A program made the position numbers and the translations under genes. Source: an uncultured Acidobacteriaceae bacterium (GTDB taxonomy: Bacteria > Acidobacteriota > Terriglobia > Terriglobales > Acidobacteriaceae). From it: a DNA stretch of 64,000 bases. The notes under the pieces were generated by a model that was not told the origin of the DNA, searched no databases, and saw only the letters and a list, made by a program, of their open reading frames with translations. This document shows positions 8,840 through 17,124 of this stretch, in pieces. Position 1 is the first letter of the stretch. The number at the start of each line of letters is the position of its first letter. The stretch is taken from assembly GCA_964514735.1 (NCBI GenBank), contig CAZETZ010000006.1, positions 5,467 through 69,466 of the forward strand. The letters run 5' to 3'.

Positions 8840-9855
8840 GCGTCGCGCAGAACGCGCCCAACGGGTTACGCAAGGCCGCCATCCTCCTGGTGCTGCTGGG
8901 CGAGGACGTGGCCAGTGAAATCTATCGCAACCTGCCGGAGGGCGAAGTTGAACAGCTGACCACTACCATCGCCGAACTCGAGTATGTGGACCCGCAGACC
9001 GCGATGGCGGTGCTGGAGGAGTATCACAACCTGGCGCTGACCCAGGACTACCTGGCGCAAGGCGGGACCGACTACGCCAAGAAGCTGCTGGTCAAGGCCT
9101 TTGGCGAAGACGGCGCGCGCCAGCTCTTGCAGCAGGTGACGCACACCGCGGAGATGAGCGCCGCCAAACTCGATTCGCTCCAGAAAGCCGACCCGCAGCA
9201 ACTGGCCAAGTTTCTGGAGACCGAACATCCACAGACCATCGCCCTGATCCTGGCCCACCTGGACTCCAAGCAGGCCTCGGCCTTGCTGATGAAGTTTCCC
9301 GAAGAGCTGCGCGCCGAATCCATCCGGCGGCTGGCCCAGTTGCGGCAGTTTTCTCCCGAGATCGCGCAGAAAGTTTCCATGGCTTTGCATAAGCGTTTGG
9401 AAGCGTTGGGGGAGCAGCACCGGCGGGCCTATGCCGGAGTGCAGGGCGTGGCCGACCTGCTCAACCGGCTGGACCCGGTCACCACCAAAGTAATTTTGGA
9501 GACCATCGAGCGCGATGACCCCAAGCTGGCTTTAGGCATCCGCAACCTGATGTTCACTTTCCAGGATTTGCTGGGAGTGCCGGAAACCGCCATTCGGGAG
9601 ATTTTGGGAGGATTGGACAAGAAGAACCTGGCCATGGCTTTGCGCGGGGCCGATGAAGAACTCAAGAACTATATTTTCAAGTCCATGTCCTCGCGCGCGG
9701 TGGAAATGCTCAAAGAAGACATGGAAGTGCTCGGGCCGGTGCGCTCGCGGGACGTGATCAAAGCGCAACAGGAGGCGGTGGCGGTGGCCCGCAAGCTGGA
9801 GGCGGAAGGGAAGATCACGCTGGGAACGGAGGGAGAAGACGAGTATGTCGTCTAG
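8836..9855 (+). CDS. fliG: flagellar motor switch protein FliG
   Basis: Motifs are GLRKAAILLVLLGEDVASEI, MFTFQDL and the C-terminal SSRAVEMLKEDME...QQEAV. Confidence 0.95.
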   Translation: MSVAQNAPNGLRKAAILLVLLGEDVASEIYRNLPEGEVEQLTTTIAELEYVDPQTAMAVLEEYHNLALTQDYLAQGGTDYAKKLLVKAFGEDGARQLLQQVTHTAEMSAAKLDSLQKADPQQLAKFLETEHPQTIALILAHLDSKQASALLMKFPEELRAESIRRLAQLRQFSPEIAQKVSMALHKRLEALGEQHRRAYAGVQGVADLLNRLDPVTTKVILETIERDDPKLALGIRNLMFTFQDLLGVPETAIREILGGLDKKNLAMALRGADEELKNYIFKSMSSRAVEMLKEDMEVLGPVRSRDVIKAQQEAVAVARKLEAEGKITLGTEGEDEYVV

Positions 9856-10486
9856 CCCGGCGTTGGGTCTGAAAACCAAAGTCGAGACCCGGCCGTTTCC
9901 CTATGCCGATGCGGCTGGGACCGCGCCGCTGACCGCCTCGCAAGCGGACCCTCCGAACTTTTCCCAGGCGCGGCAGGAGCCGGAGGTCCTGGAGGCCGCG
10001 CGGCGGGAAGGGGAAGCGCGGGCCCGGCAAACCTTCGAGCAGGAGTTAGAAAGCGTCCGCAACAATATTCGACTCGCCCTGGTGAATTTCGAGAAAGAAC
10101 GGAAGACGTATTTTCAAAACGTGGAAAGCGAAGTGGTGCAATTGGCGCTCAGCATCGCGGGCAAAGTGTTGCACCGCGAGGCCCAGGTGGACCCGCTATT
10201 GCTGGCGGGAATTGTGCGGGTGGCGCTGGACCGGATGGAAAGCAAAACCAAAATTGTGGTGCGCGTGCATCCTTTGTATGCGGCCGATTGCCGGGCTTTT
10301 TTTGCCCACGCCATGGAGCCGCGCCAAGTTCCGGAAATCGAAGAAGACCCTGGAGTCGAGCCGGAACAATGTGTGCTGCAAACCGAGCTGGGAACCACCC
10401 AACTGGGAATCGAAGTCCAGTTGAAGGAGATTGAACAGGGGCTGATGGATTTGCTGGCGCAGCGTCCGCAGGCGGAGGGTTCGTAA
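9845..10486 (+). CDS. fliH: flagellar assembly protein FliH
   Basis: Carries a FliH-type C-terminal domain (VVQLALSIAGKVLHREAQVDPLLLAGIVRVALDRM). The position between fliG and fliI fits. Confidence 0.8.
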   Translation: MSSSPALGLKTKVETRPFPYADAAGTAPLTASQADPPNFSQARQEPEVLEAARREGEARARQTFEQELESVRNNIRLALVNFEKERKTYFQNVESEVVQLALSIAGKVLHREAQVDPLLLAGIVRVALDRMESKTKIVVRVHPLYAADCRAFFAHAMEPRQVPEIEEDPGVEPEQCVLQTELGTTQLGIEVQLKEIEQGLMDLLAQRPQAEGS

Positions 10487-11793
10487 TGGCAGACCTGCTG
10501 GCCCCGTATTTTTCTCGCGTCAATTCCTGCTCCGCCTTGCGCTGGACCGGGCGGGTCACGCAGGTGAGCGGACCATTGGTGGAATCGCAGGGCCCGTACT
10601 GCTCGGTGGGGGAACTGTGCCAGATCATCGATGCCGGCGGCCATGTTTTTCCGGGTGAGATCGTCGGGTTCCGGGGGAGCACGGTTTTATCCATGCCCCT
10701 GGAGCGGCCGGCCGGGGTCCGTTATGGGGACCGGGTGCTCACTTGGGGATCGCGTCCCATGCTGCGCCTGGGAAACGATCTGCTCGGCCGGGTGGTGGAT
10801 GGGATGGGCGAACCCCTGGATTCCTTGGGGCCATACGCGGGATGGGACTATCAAGCGATCGATGCGGGCGCCCCGCTGCCTTTGGCGCGGGAGATGATTC
10901 ACGAGCCGATTGGTTGCGGCATCCGCGCGGTGGATGGATTTCTGACTTGCGGACGCGGCCAGCGGCTGGGCATTTTTGGCGGAAGCGGGGTGGGCAAAAG
11001 CACGCTGATCGGCATGATGGCGCGGAACACCAGCGCGGACATGACCGTGGTGGCGCTGATTGGAGAACGCGGACGCGAGGTGCGTCATTTTCTGGAAGAC
11101 GCGTTGGGCGAACAGGGGCGCAAGCGTTCGGTGGTGGTGGTCTCGACCTCCGACCAGTCGCCGTTATTGCGCATACGGGCCGCGCTGGCGGCGACCGCGG
11201 TGGCGGAATATTTTTGCGGACGCGGAAGTAACGTCCTATTAGTGGTGGACTCCCTGACCCGGCTGGCCATGGCACAACGGGAAATTGGACTGGCTGCGGG
11301 AGAGCCGCCGACTTCCAAAGGCTATACCCCGTCGGTCTTTACCCTGCTGGCACGCCTGATCGAAAGGGCGGGAAAGTTCCACCGGGGAAGCATTACCGCG
11401 TTCTACACCGTCTTGATGGAAGGAGATGACCAGCAAGACCCGTTGGTGGATGGCGCGCGCGCCCTGCTCGACGGACATATCGTGCTGGACCGCCGCCTGG
11501 CAGGGCAAAGTCATTATCCGCCGATTGCGGTACTGGACAGTATCAGCCGGCTCATGTCCCATGTGGCCTCGCCCGCGCACCTGAGGAAGGCGCAGGGCTT
11601 GCGGCGGTTGCTGGCGGCCTACACAGCTTCGGAAGACCTGGTCCGGATCGGCGCCTATCAAAGAGGGGCGGACCTGGTGCTCGATCAGGCCATGGCTGTG
11701 ATGCCGGAGTTGAACAGCTTTTTGCAGCAAACTCCCAGCGAAGCTGGGGCCTTGGAGCAAACCGTGAAGCGGCTGCTGGCCATTGCCGCCTGA
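10486..11793 (+). CDS. fliI: flagellum-specific ATPase FliI
   Basis: Walker A is GGSGVGKSTL and Walker B is LLVVDSLTRLAMAQREI. It also has the F1/T3SS ATPase signature SITAFYTVLMEGDD. Confidence 0.95.
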   Translation: MADLLAPYFSRVNSCSALRWTGRVTQVSGPLVESQGPYCSVGELCQIIDAGGHVFPGEIVGFRGSTVLSMPLERPAGVRYGDRVLTWGSRPMLRLGNDLLGRVVDGMGEPLDSLGPYAGWDYQAIDAGAPLPLAREMIHEPIGCGIRAVDGFLTCGRGQRLGIFGGSGVGKSTLIGMMARNTSADMTVVALIGERGREVRHFLEDALGEQGRKRSVVVVSTSDQSPLLRIRAALAATAVAEYFCGRGSNVLLVVDSLTRLAMAQREIGLAAGEPPTSKGYTPSVFTLLARLIERAGKFHRGSITAFYTVLMEGDDQQDPLVDGARALLDGHIVLDRRLAGQSHYPPIAVLDSISRLMSHVASPAHLRKAQGLRRLLAAYTASEDLVRIGAYQRGADLVLDQAMAVMPELNSFLQQTPSEAGALEQTVKRLLAIAA

Positions 11794-11797
11794 AGCC

Positions 11798-12244
11798 ATG
11801 GCCTTCCGCTTTCCACTCGAGACACTCCTGCGCTTGCGCCGCAGTGTGGAGCGCCAGCAGGAGTTGCTGTTGCTGCGAGCGGTGCAGGAAGTCGTCGCCG
11901 TCACCCAGGACATGGCAATGTTGGACCACTCGATTTCCGCCATTCGAGAAAGCGAATATCAAGAAGCGGGGCCGACCGTGCGGGCGGCACAACTCCACTT
12001 TGACGCGGTGCGGTGCGCGGTCCTGCGCGCGCGGCGGCGGGAGTTGGAAGCGGTCCTGGCGCAACGTCAACAGACGCGGACACGGCGCCAAGCCGAGTTT
12101 CAGGCGGCCCACCGTGATCGCGAGGCCATCGAGGTCCTCCGCGAAGAACACCTGCAAAGCTATCGCCGGGACCAAACCCGGCAGCAACAAAAGCAGCTCG
12201 ATGATATGTTTCTGTTGCGCCGGGAATATCTGCGGCGCAGATAA
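11798..12244 (+). CDS. fliJ: flagellar export chaperone/stalk protein FliJ
   Basis: The start was taken at ATG 11798 (MAFRFPLETLLRLRR...). It is a coiled-coil protein of about 148 aa directly after fliI. Confidence 0.75.
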   Translation: MAFRFPLETLLRLRRSVERQQELLLLRAVQEVVAVTQDMAMLDHSISAIRESEYQEAGPTVRAAQLHFDAVRCAVLRARRRELEAVLAQRQQTRTRRQAEFQAAHRDREAIEVLREEHLQSYRRDQTRQQQKQLDDMFLLRREYLRRR

Positions 12245-12393
12245 CTTTGCCCGGACCTAGGCAAGGCTTTCCAGTCCATAAGCCCTGAGAAGTCTCTTCA
12301 CCCCGAGCGCGATGGATCGGCAGAATGGGTGTTTTCTTCAATCCAAAGAACTTACCCGGATGGAGCAGGAAGTTTCCGAAAGTCCGCGGCCTG

Positions 12394-12408
12394 TGGTGCA
12401 TGGATTGC
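12394..12408 (+). promoter_or_regulatory. candidate sigma-54 promoter TGGTGC-N5-TTGC
   Basis: tggtgcatggattgc has GG at 12395-12396 and GC at 12407-12408, the correct register. It lies in the 178-nt fliJ-fliK gap, 15 nt before the fliK ATG. Confidence 0.45.
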
Positions 12409-12422
12409 GATGACAGCAATCT

Positions 12423-14456
12423 ATGGAAACAGTGCCAGTCACACTTGGGGCGGTGCTTCCGGGAATAACGGGAGTGCCGCCTTTTTTCGCCAAAGGGACA
12501 GTGGCGAATACGATTGGTGGCGCGGCAATGGGAGGATTTCTCCAGGCACTGCAAAGTATGGTCGGGCAAAGCAGCGCGGGCGCAATACCTGCAAAGGAGG
12601 CTGCGCCCGCGCAGCAGGATAAAGTTGAGCAGGATAACGATAAAGACACCGTCAAAGATAAGAAAAATCAAGAAGCGAAGCCTTCCCCTCCTTTGGGATT
12701 TCTTGCCGCCGCACTCCCTCCGCCGGCAACCGCACCATTGCTTCTTCAGCCAACTGCGGCTGGGGGCGCCAAACCAAGTGGAGTCGAGAGCGCTGTGGCG
12801 ACTTTGCCGCAACCCGATGGGACCCAACTGAAATCCGCTCCGCTCGAAGCACGGACCTTCGTAACCGCTCAGCCCGATGTGAATGATGGAGCGCAGCCGG
12901 CAACTCCGGCTGCATCTGCGTCATGGTTGCTTGCTGCGAGCGAAACTGGACAGCCAAAAGAGAAAAGCGGAGCACGCGGACCCGAGACCGTCGCCGCTCC
13001 TCCAGCGGTGATGGCAGACAAAAAGTTGGCCGCCCCCGAACCTCTCCTACCTCCGCGAAACCTGCCGGACGACCTTTGCCCGGTGCAGTTGGCCCATGGT
13101 CAGCAGGCAGAGAAGAGCGGCGATCCAGTGTCCGCAGAGACGATTCACAACCTGAAGGACCGCCATGATGACAGGGTCCAGGAAAAAGCGAGCGAGCGGG
13201 CCGCACCTCTCGCGACGCCCCCACTCGGTCCCCCCATCTCGAATCTCTTGACCGTGGCTGCTTCCGTGGTATCGAAGGAGAGGCCACACTCAACCACCGG
13301 ACCAGTGTCGCTTCCAGAAAAACCACTGTATGCCCCACCCGCTACGGAGGTCCCGGTTCACACTACCCCGGAGACGGAGCCAGAAGTCCGGCCACTTGCC
13401 GTCAGTCCTGCAAACCCGCAGGACCTGCAAGTTCAGCCCGTTTCAGACCCAGGCGGTTCGCAGCCAATGCAATCATTCCAGCTTCTGAGCGACAGCGCGC
13501 TGAGCACGCAAGCCGCGGAAACCTGGGAACTACAACCAAAGGGCCCGGCTTCGCGGAAAGCCGGAACAGATTCCATCTCCGCAAAGGCCCAGGGGCCGCG
13601 GGTTGATGCAGACCTGCCTGTGGTCAAGCTTCAGGCGCGTATTCCGCTTCCGGCACAAGTCTCGAACTTGCCTGCCGGCGATGGCGCTCTTTCAGTCCTT
13701 CCCCCAACACTGAAATTCGAGGCCCGGCCGCAGGCGATCGTCCGGCCATCGGGGCATGATGTACAGCACGAGATCAAACCCGACGTGCCGCCCCAAAAGA
13801 CAGCGCCCGCGCCCGATGGTCATGATGCCGCGACCCCTGCTGTCACGTCGCCGCCAGCTCACCTGGCGCCGCTCGAACCTGTTCCCATCGGAGAAAAAAA
13901 CGCGAGCATCCCGCCGCAAACAGTCCCGGCCCCAAGTGTGAGTGGGCCGGCGGCGGCCATGCCCTCTTCACCTTCTTCGCCGGAAAAATCACAGCTCCCA
14001 GTTTCTTCGCCATCCGACGCGCCCATCCCGCCACCTTTGCCGAGCGACCGAATTCAGGCCGCACGCCTGCTCGACCGCCTGGGCCAGGCGGAGATGCATC
14101 TGGGGATGCGCACCGAGACTTTCGGAAGCATTCAGGTGCATACCGTGATACGCGACAGCCAGGTGGGACTCACCATCGGTAGCGAGCGGGGCGATTTGAA
14201 AACGTATCTGGCGGCTGAGGTTTCGGGACTGGAAGCCAGCCTGCGCCAGCACGATTTGCAATTTCGCGACGTCCGCTTCGTGTCCAACAGCTTTTCTCCG
14301 GGCGGCAATCCCTACGGTGGCTCCGGCTCACCCTCGCAATCGTTTCAACAGGGGCGTTCTTTTCCCCAGGGGACCGCCCGGTTTGTTTTGCCGGAAACCA
14401 GGAATGAAACGGAAGCCGTCAATCACGAACCAGCGGGACTCAGCGTCCATGCGTGA
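12423..14456 (+). CDS. fliK: flagellar hook-length control protein FliK (long, Pro-rich)
   Basis: The central region is Pro/Ala/Ser-rich. The C-terminal Flg_hook-type domain reads MHLGMRTETFGSIQVHTVIRDSQVGLTIGSERGDLKTYLAAEVSGLEASLRQHDL. It sits before flgD-flgE. Confidence 0.8.
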   Translation: METVPVTLGAVLPGITGVPPFFAKGTVANTIGGAAMGGFLQALQSMVGQSSAGAIPAKEAAPAQQDKVEQDNDKDTVKDKKNQEAKPSPPLGFLAAALPPPATAPLLLQPTAAGGAKPSGVESAVATLPQPDGTQLKSAPLEARTFVTAQPDVNDGAQPATPAASASWLLAASETGQPKEKSGARGPETVAAPPAVMADKKLAAPEPLLPPRNLPDDLCPVQLAHGQQAEKSGDPVSAETIHNLKDRHDDRVQEKASERAAPLATPPLGPPISNLLTVAASVVSKERPHSTTGPVSLPEKPLYAPPATEVPVHTTPETEPEVRPLAVSPANPQDLQVQPVSDPGGSQPMQSFQLLSDSALSTQAAETWELQPKGPASRKAGTDSISAKAQGPRVDADLPVVKLQARIPLPAQVSNLPAGDGALSVLPPTLKFEARPQAIVRPSGHDVQHEIKPDVPPQKTAPAPDGHDAATPAVTSPPAHLAPLEPVPIGEKNASIPPQTVPAPSVSGPAAAMPSSPSSPEKSQLPVSSPSDAPIPPPLPSDRIQAARLLDRLGQAEMHLGMRTETFGSIQVHTVIRDSQVGLTIGSERGDLKTYLAAEVSGLEASLRQHDLQFRDVRFVSNSFSPGGNPYGGSGSPSQSFQQGRSFPQGTARFVLPETRNETEAVNHEPAGLSVHA

Positions 14457-14465
14457 GAGGGAACA

Positions 14466-14708
14466 ATGAACGTCAATCCGATCAACCATGCCAGCAGCGG
14501 TTCAAATCCAACGAACAGCAATAACTCGGCGGTGCAAACCGACAACATGTTTCTGACCCTGCTCACCGAGCAATTGAAAGCGCAAAGTCCGTTCGATCCG
14601 GTGGACCCCGCGCAATTTGTAGGACAGTTGGTGCAATTCAATACGCTGGACCAGTTAATTCAGATCCGCCAGCTTTTGCAGCAAGCCGCAGGCACGTCAA
14701 CCCAATAA
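14466..14708 (+). CDS. flgD: minimal FlgD (hook-cap protein, N-terminal domain only, 80 aa)
   Basis: FLTLLTEQLKAQSPFDPVDPAQFVGQLVQFNTLDQL matches the conserved FlgD N-terminal motif. The ORF stops right after it, 24 nt before flgE. Confidence 0.75.
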   Translation: MNVNPINHASSGSNPTNSNNSAVQTDNMFLTLLTEQLKAQSPFDPVDPAQFVGQLVQFNTLDQLIQIRQLLQQAAGTSTQ

Positions 14709-14732
14709 CCACACTTCAACCAAGGAGTTCTC

Positions 14733-16262
14733 ATGCCAACTTTCTCGATCCCGCTGTCCGGGCTGACGACGGAATCAACCGCGTTGTCAGCCATTGCCAA
14801 CAATCTCGCCAACCTTAACACCACCGGATACAAAGATTCGGTGGTGCAGTTCCGCGACCTGTTTTATCAGAGCATTGGGACCAGCGGATCAGGCGACCCA
14901 ATTCAACTCGGGGCCGGGGCTGGTGTGGCCGCAACCTCGTCCTTGTTCACGCAAGGCAATGTCAACCCCACGGGTGTGGCCACCAATGTCGCGATTTCCG
15001 GCAGCGGTTTCTTTGTGACCCAGAATAACGGGGTGACCACCTACACCCGCGCGGGAGACTTTTCCGTCGACAAGAATGCCTTTCTGGTCACCGACGACGG
15101 ACAGCAGGTGCTGGGCTTCCCCTCGGTGAATGGCGCGATCACCACCGGGCAGGGGCTCAAGCCGCTGCAACTGGGGACAGGACAGATCAGCCCCCCGAAC
15201 CCCACCGGGAATGTGCAGATCAATACCAACCTGGATGCCACCGCCGCCGTGGGAGACACTTTCTCCACCCCCATCACCATCTTCGATTCCCTGGGCGCCA
15301 GCCACGTGCTGACATTTACCTTCACCAAGGCCGCGGCCAATGACTGGAACTACCGAATCTCCATCCCTCCCTCCGAACTCAATCCGGTGCTGGTTGGAGG
15401 GGTGCCGACCCCGCAAACCGGAATTCTGGCGACTGGGTCCTTGGGCTTTGACGGGAATGGGGTGTTGACCGCCACCGCCGCCGGCACAGCCGGCGCCCCC
15501 GCTTTCGCGGGGACCGGAAACGGGACCATGACTGGGGTCACGGCGGGAGGGGCGAGCGCGGCCCAGACCGTCACCATGACCGCAATCGATCCCACCCACT
15601 TCTCGGTCGTCGGTTCGGTCTCCGGTCCACTGGGCACGGCCACCGTGGGGACCCCGTTCACCTCCGGTCAAATCAATTTCACAATCAATGCCGGAGGCAC
15701 GGCCTTCGTCGCCGGAGACGCTTTCACCGTGGCCACAACCGCCGGCGCCTTGGGCAACGTCACTGCGATTCCGGTTAACGGATTTGCCGATGGCGCGGCC
15801 AACACGACTTTCAACTGGAATGTGCTCAACGGAACTGTGCCCGTAATCTCGCAGGTGGCGGCCGCAAGCAGCACCTCTTCCACCCAACAGGACGGGGCGG
15901 GGAGCGGATCGCTCGAGAGTTTTAATATCGGCAGCGATGGTCTAATCTCCGGAAGTTTCAGCAATGGCAAGACCGCCATTCTCGGGCAACTGGCGCTGGC
16001 CACATTTCCCAACGAACAAGGACTATTGCGCACCGGACGGAACGGATTCGCCGAGACCCTGGCTTCGGGACAAGCGGTGGTAGGTGCTCCCGGGACAGGC
16101 GGTCGTGGAACCTTGTCCGGTGGCGCGCTGGAGCTTTCCAACGTGGACATCGCCAGTGAGTTTGCCGCCATGATCGTCGCCCAACGCGGCTTCCAGGCCA
16201 ATGCGCGGGTGGTAACCACGTTCGATGAGGTGACCCAGGACACGATCAATTTGAAACGATAG
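14733..16262 (+). CDS. flgE: flagellar hook protein FlgE (with extra central module)
   Basis: The N-terminus reads LSAIANNLANLNTTGYK and the C-terminus LELSNVDIASEFAAMIVAQRGFQANARVVTTFDEV. A central Thr/Gly-rich insertion spans aa 251-337. Confidence 0.92.
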   Translation: MPTFSIPLSGLTTESTALSAIANNLANLNTTGYKDSVVQFRDLFYQSIGTSGSGDPIQLGAGAGVAATSSLFTQGNVNPTGVATNVAISGSGFFVTQNNGVTTYTRAGDFSVDKNAFLVTDDGQQVLGFPSVNGAITTGQGLKPLQLGTGQISPPNPTGNVQINTNLDATAAVGDTFSTPITIFDSLGASHVLTFTFTKAAANDWNYRISIPPSELNPVLVGGVPTPQTGILATGSLGFDGNGVLTATAAGTAGAPAFAGTGNGTMTGVTAGGASAAQTVTMTAIDPTHFSVVGSVSGPLGTATVGTPFTSGQINFTINAGGTAFVAGDAFTVATTAGALGNVTAIPVNGFADGAANTTFNWNVLNGTVPVISQVAAASSTSSTQQDGAGSGSLESFNIGSDGLISGSFSNGKTAILGQLALATFPNEQGLLRTGRNGFAETLASGQAVVGAPGTGGRGTLSGGALELSNVDIASEFAAMIVAQRGFQANARVVTTFDEVTQDTINLKR

Positions 16263-16285
16263 TCAAAGCGAAACTTGAACTTGCT

Positions 16286-16322
16286 CTGCCCTCGTCAATC
16301 GACGGGGGCAGGGGTAATTTTC
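16286..16322 (+). terminator. intrinsic terminator candidate after flgE
   Basis: The stem ctgccctcgtc / gacgggggcag is 11 bp with one G-U pair, and the loop is aatc. It is followed by gggtaatttt. Confidence 0.55.
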
Positions 16323-16485
16323 AAAGGACCTTAATGAACATCTTCCAATCTCTTCCCTCCTTTGCTCGTGAGATTCTTGTCCCGAGATCTTCGCCCGGAT
16401 CCACCCATGCTCTATGTGGTGTGGGGACAGTCATTTCAAGGTAGATCTTGAGGCGGAACCAAGCCCTGTGCTTTCCTAATTCCGC

Positions 16486-16501
16486 GCGGCATCTGACTTG
16501 C
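16486..16501 (+). promoter_or_regulatory. candidate sigma-54 promoter CGGCAT-N5-TTGCA
   Basis: cggcatctgacttgca has GG at 16487-16488 and GC at 16499-16500. It lies downstream of the flgE terminator and 34 nt upstream of ATG 16535. Confidence 0.6.
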
Positions 16502-16534
16502 ACTGCGAAGCGGTGGACTGAACTCACGCTGACT

Positions 16535-16819
16535 ATGGCGGGCGTTGCTGTTGCACCGAAACCCGAACCCGTACCTCCCACCGAGGACCCATCCGCCTGG
16601 GCGCATGTGGCCCACCTCCCCTGCCAGTTGACGGTTGATTTACCGGTGCCGGAATTTACCGTGGGGAATCTGGCCAACCTGGAAAGAGACAGCATTGTGG
16701 ATTCTCACTGGAATGTCACGCAGGATGTGCCGTTACGGGCCAATGGCGAACTGATCGCCTTAAGCGAGTTTGAAGTGTTGGGGGACAAGCTGGCGGTGCG
16801 CGTGACGGAACTGGCCTGA
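16535..16819 (+). CDS. fliN: flagellar motor switch protein FliN (short, SpoA domain only)
   Basis: The SpoA domain reads LPCQLTVDLPVPEFTVGNLANLERDSIVDSHW...LRANGELIALSEFEVLGDKLAVRVTEL. ATG 16535 is preferred over TTG 16448 because of the promoter position. Confidence 0.85.
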   Translation: MAGVAVAPKPEPVPPTEDPSAWAHVAHLPCQLTVDLPVPEFTVGNLANLERDSIVDSHWNVTQDVPLRANGELIALSEFEVLGDKLAVRVTELA

Positions 16820-16833
16820 GGGGAGATGCTCGG

Positions 16834-17124
16834 ATGGTTCAGGGAGCAAGAGTGGAACAAAAGCAAACGCGATGGACCATCGCCCGGCGCTGGATGCAGA
16901 AGTTGCTGGGAGGGCTGCGCGCGCGTCCGGAAAAGTTGTTGCGGCTGACGGAAACGTTGTCGCTTGGAGAACGGCGTTTTCTTGCGGTGGTCGAGTGCGA
17001 GCGGCAAAAATTCCTGATCGGGGGCACCGCCAGTTCTGTGTGTCTGCTGACCGAACTGGGAGCCGGGGGGCTCCGTGCCACCACCTCCGGCGCCGCCCAG
17101 CCCTGGGACGACGTATGGCCTTAA
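16834..17124 (+). CDS. FliO-like protein (no N-terminal TM helix seen)
   Basis: LRLTETLSLGERRFLAVVECERQKFLIGGTASSVCLLTEL resembles the conserved FliO core. It sits immediately before fliP and overlaps it by 10 nt. Confidence 0.5.
   Translation: MVQGARVEQKQTRWTIARRWMQKLLGGLRARPEKLLRLTETLSLGERRFLAVVECERQKFLIGGTASSVCLLTELGAGGLRATTSGAAQPWDDVWP

Noticed and set aside
14889-15887. Long antisense or alternative-frame ORFs inside real genes. Examples are 14889-15887, 17121-18344, 32889-33911, 42178-43353, 45978-46841 and 47460-48656.
   Set aside because: These are typical stop-poor shadow frames of GC-rich DNA. Their translations are Arg/Gly/Pro/His-rich with no motifs, and each is fully covered by a well-supported gene on the other strand or in another frame.
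16448-16534. TTG 16448 as the fliN start (123-aa version).
   Set aside because: The extension has no FliN similarity, and the sigma-54 promoter candidate (16486-16501) lies inside it. ATG 16535 is preferred.
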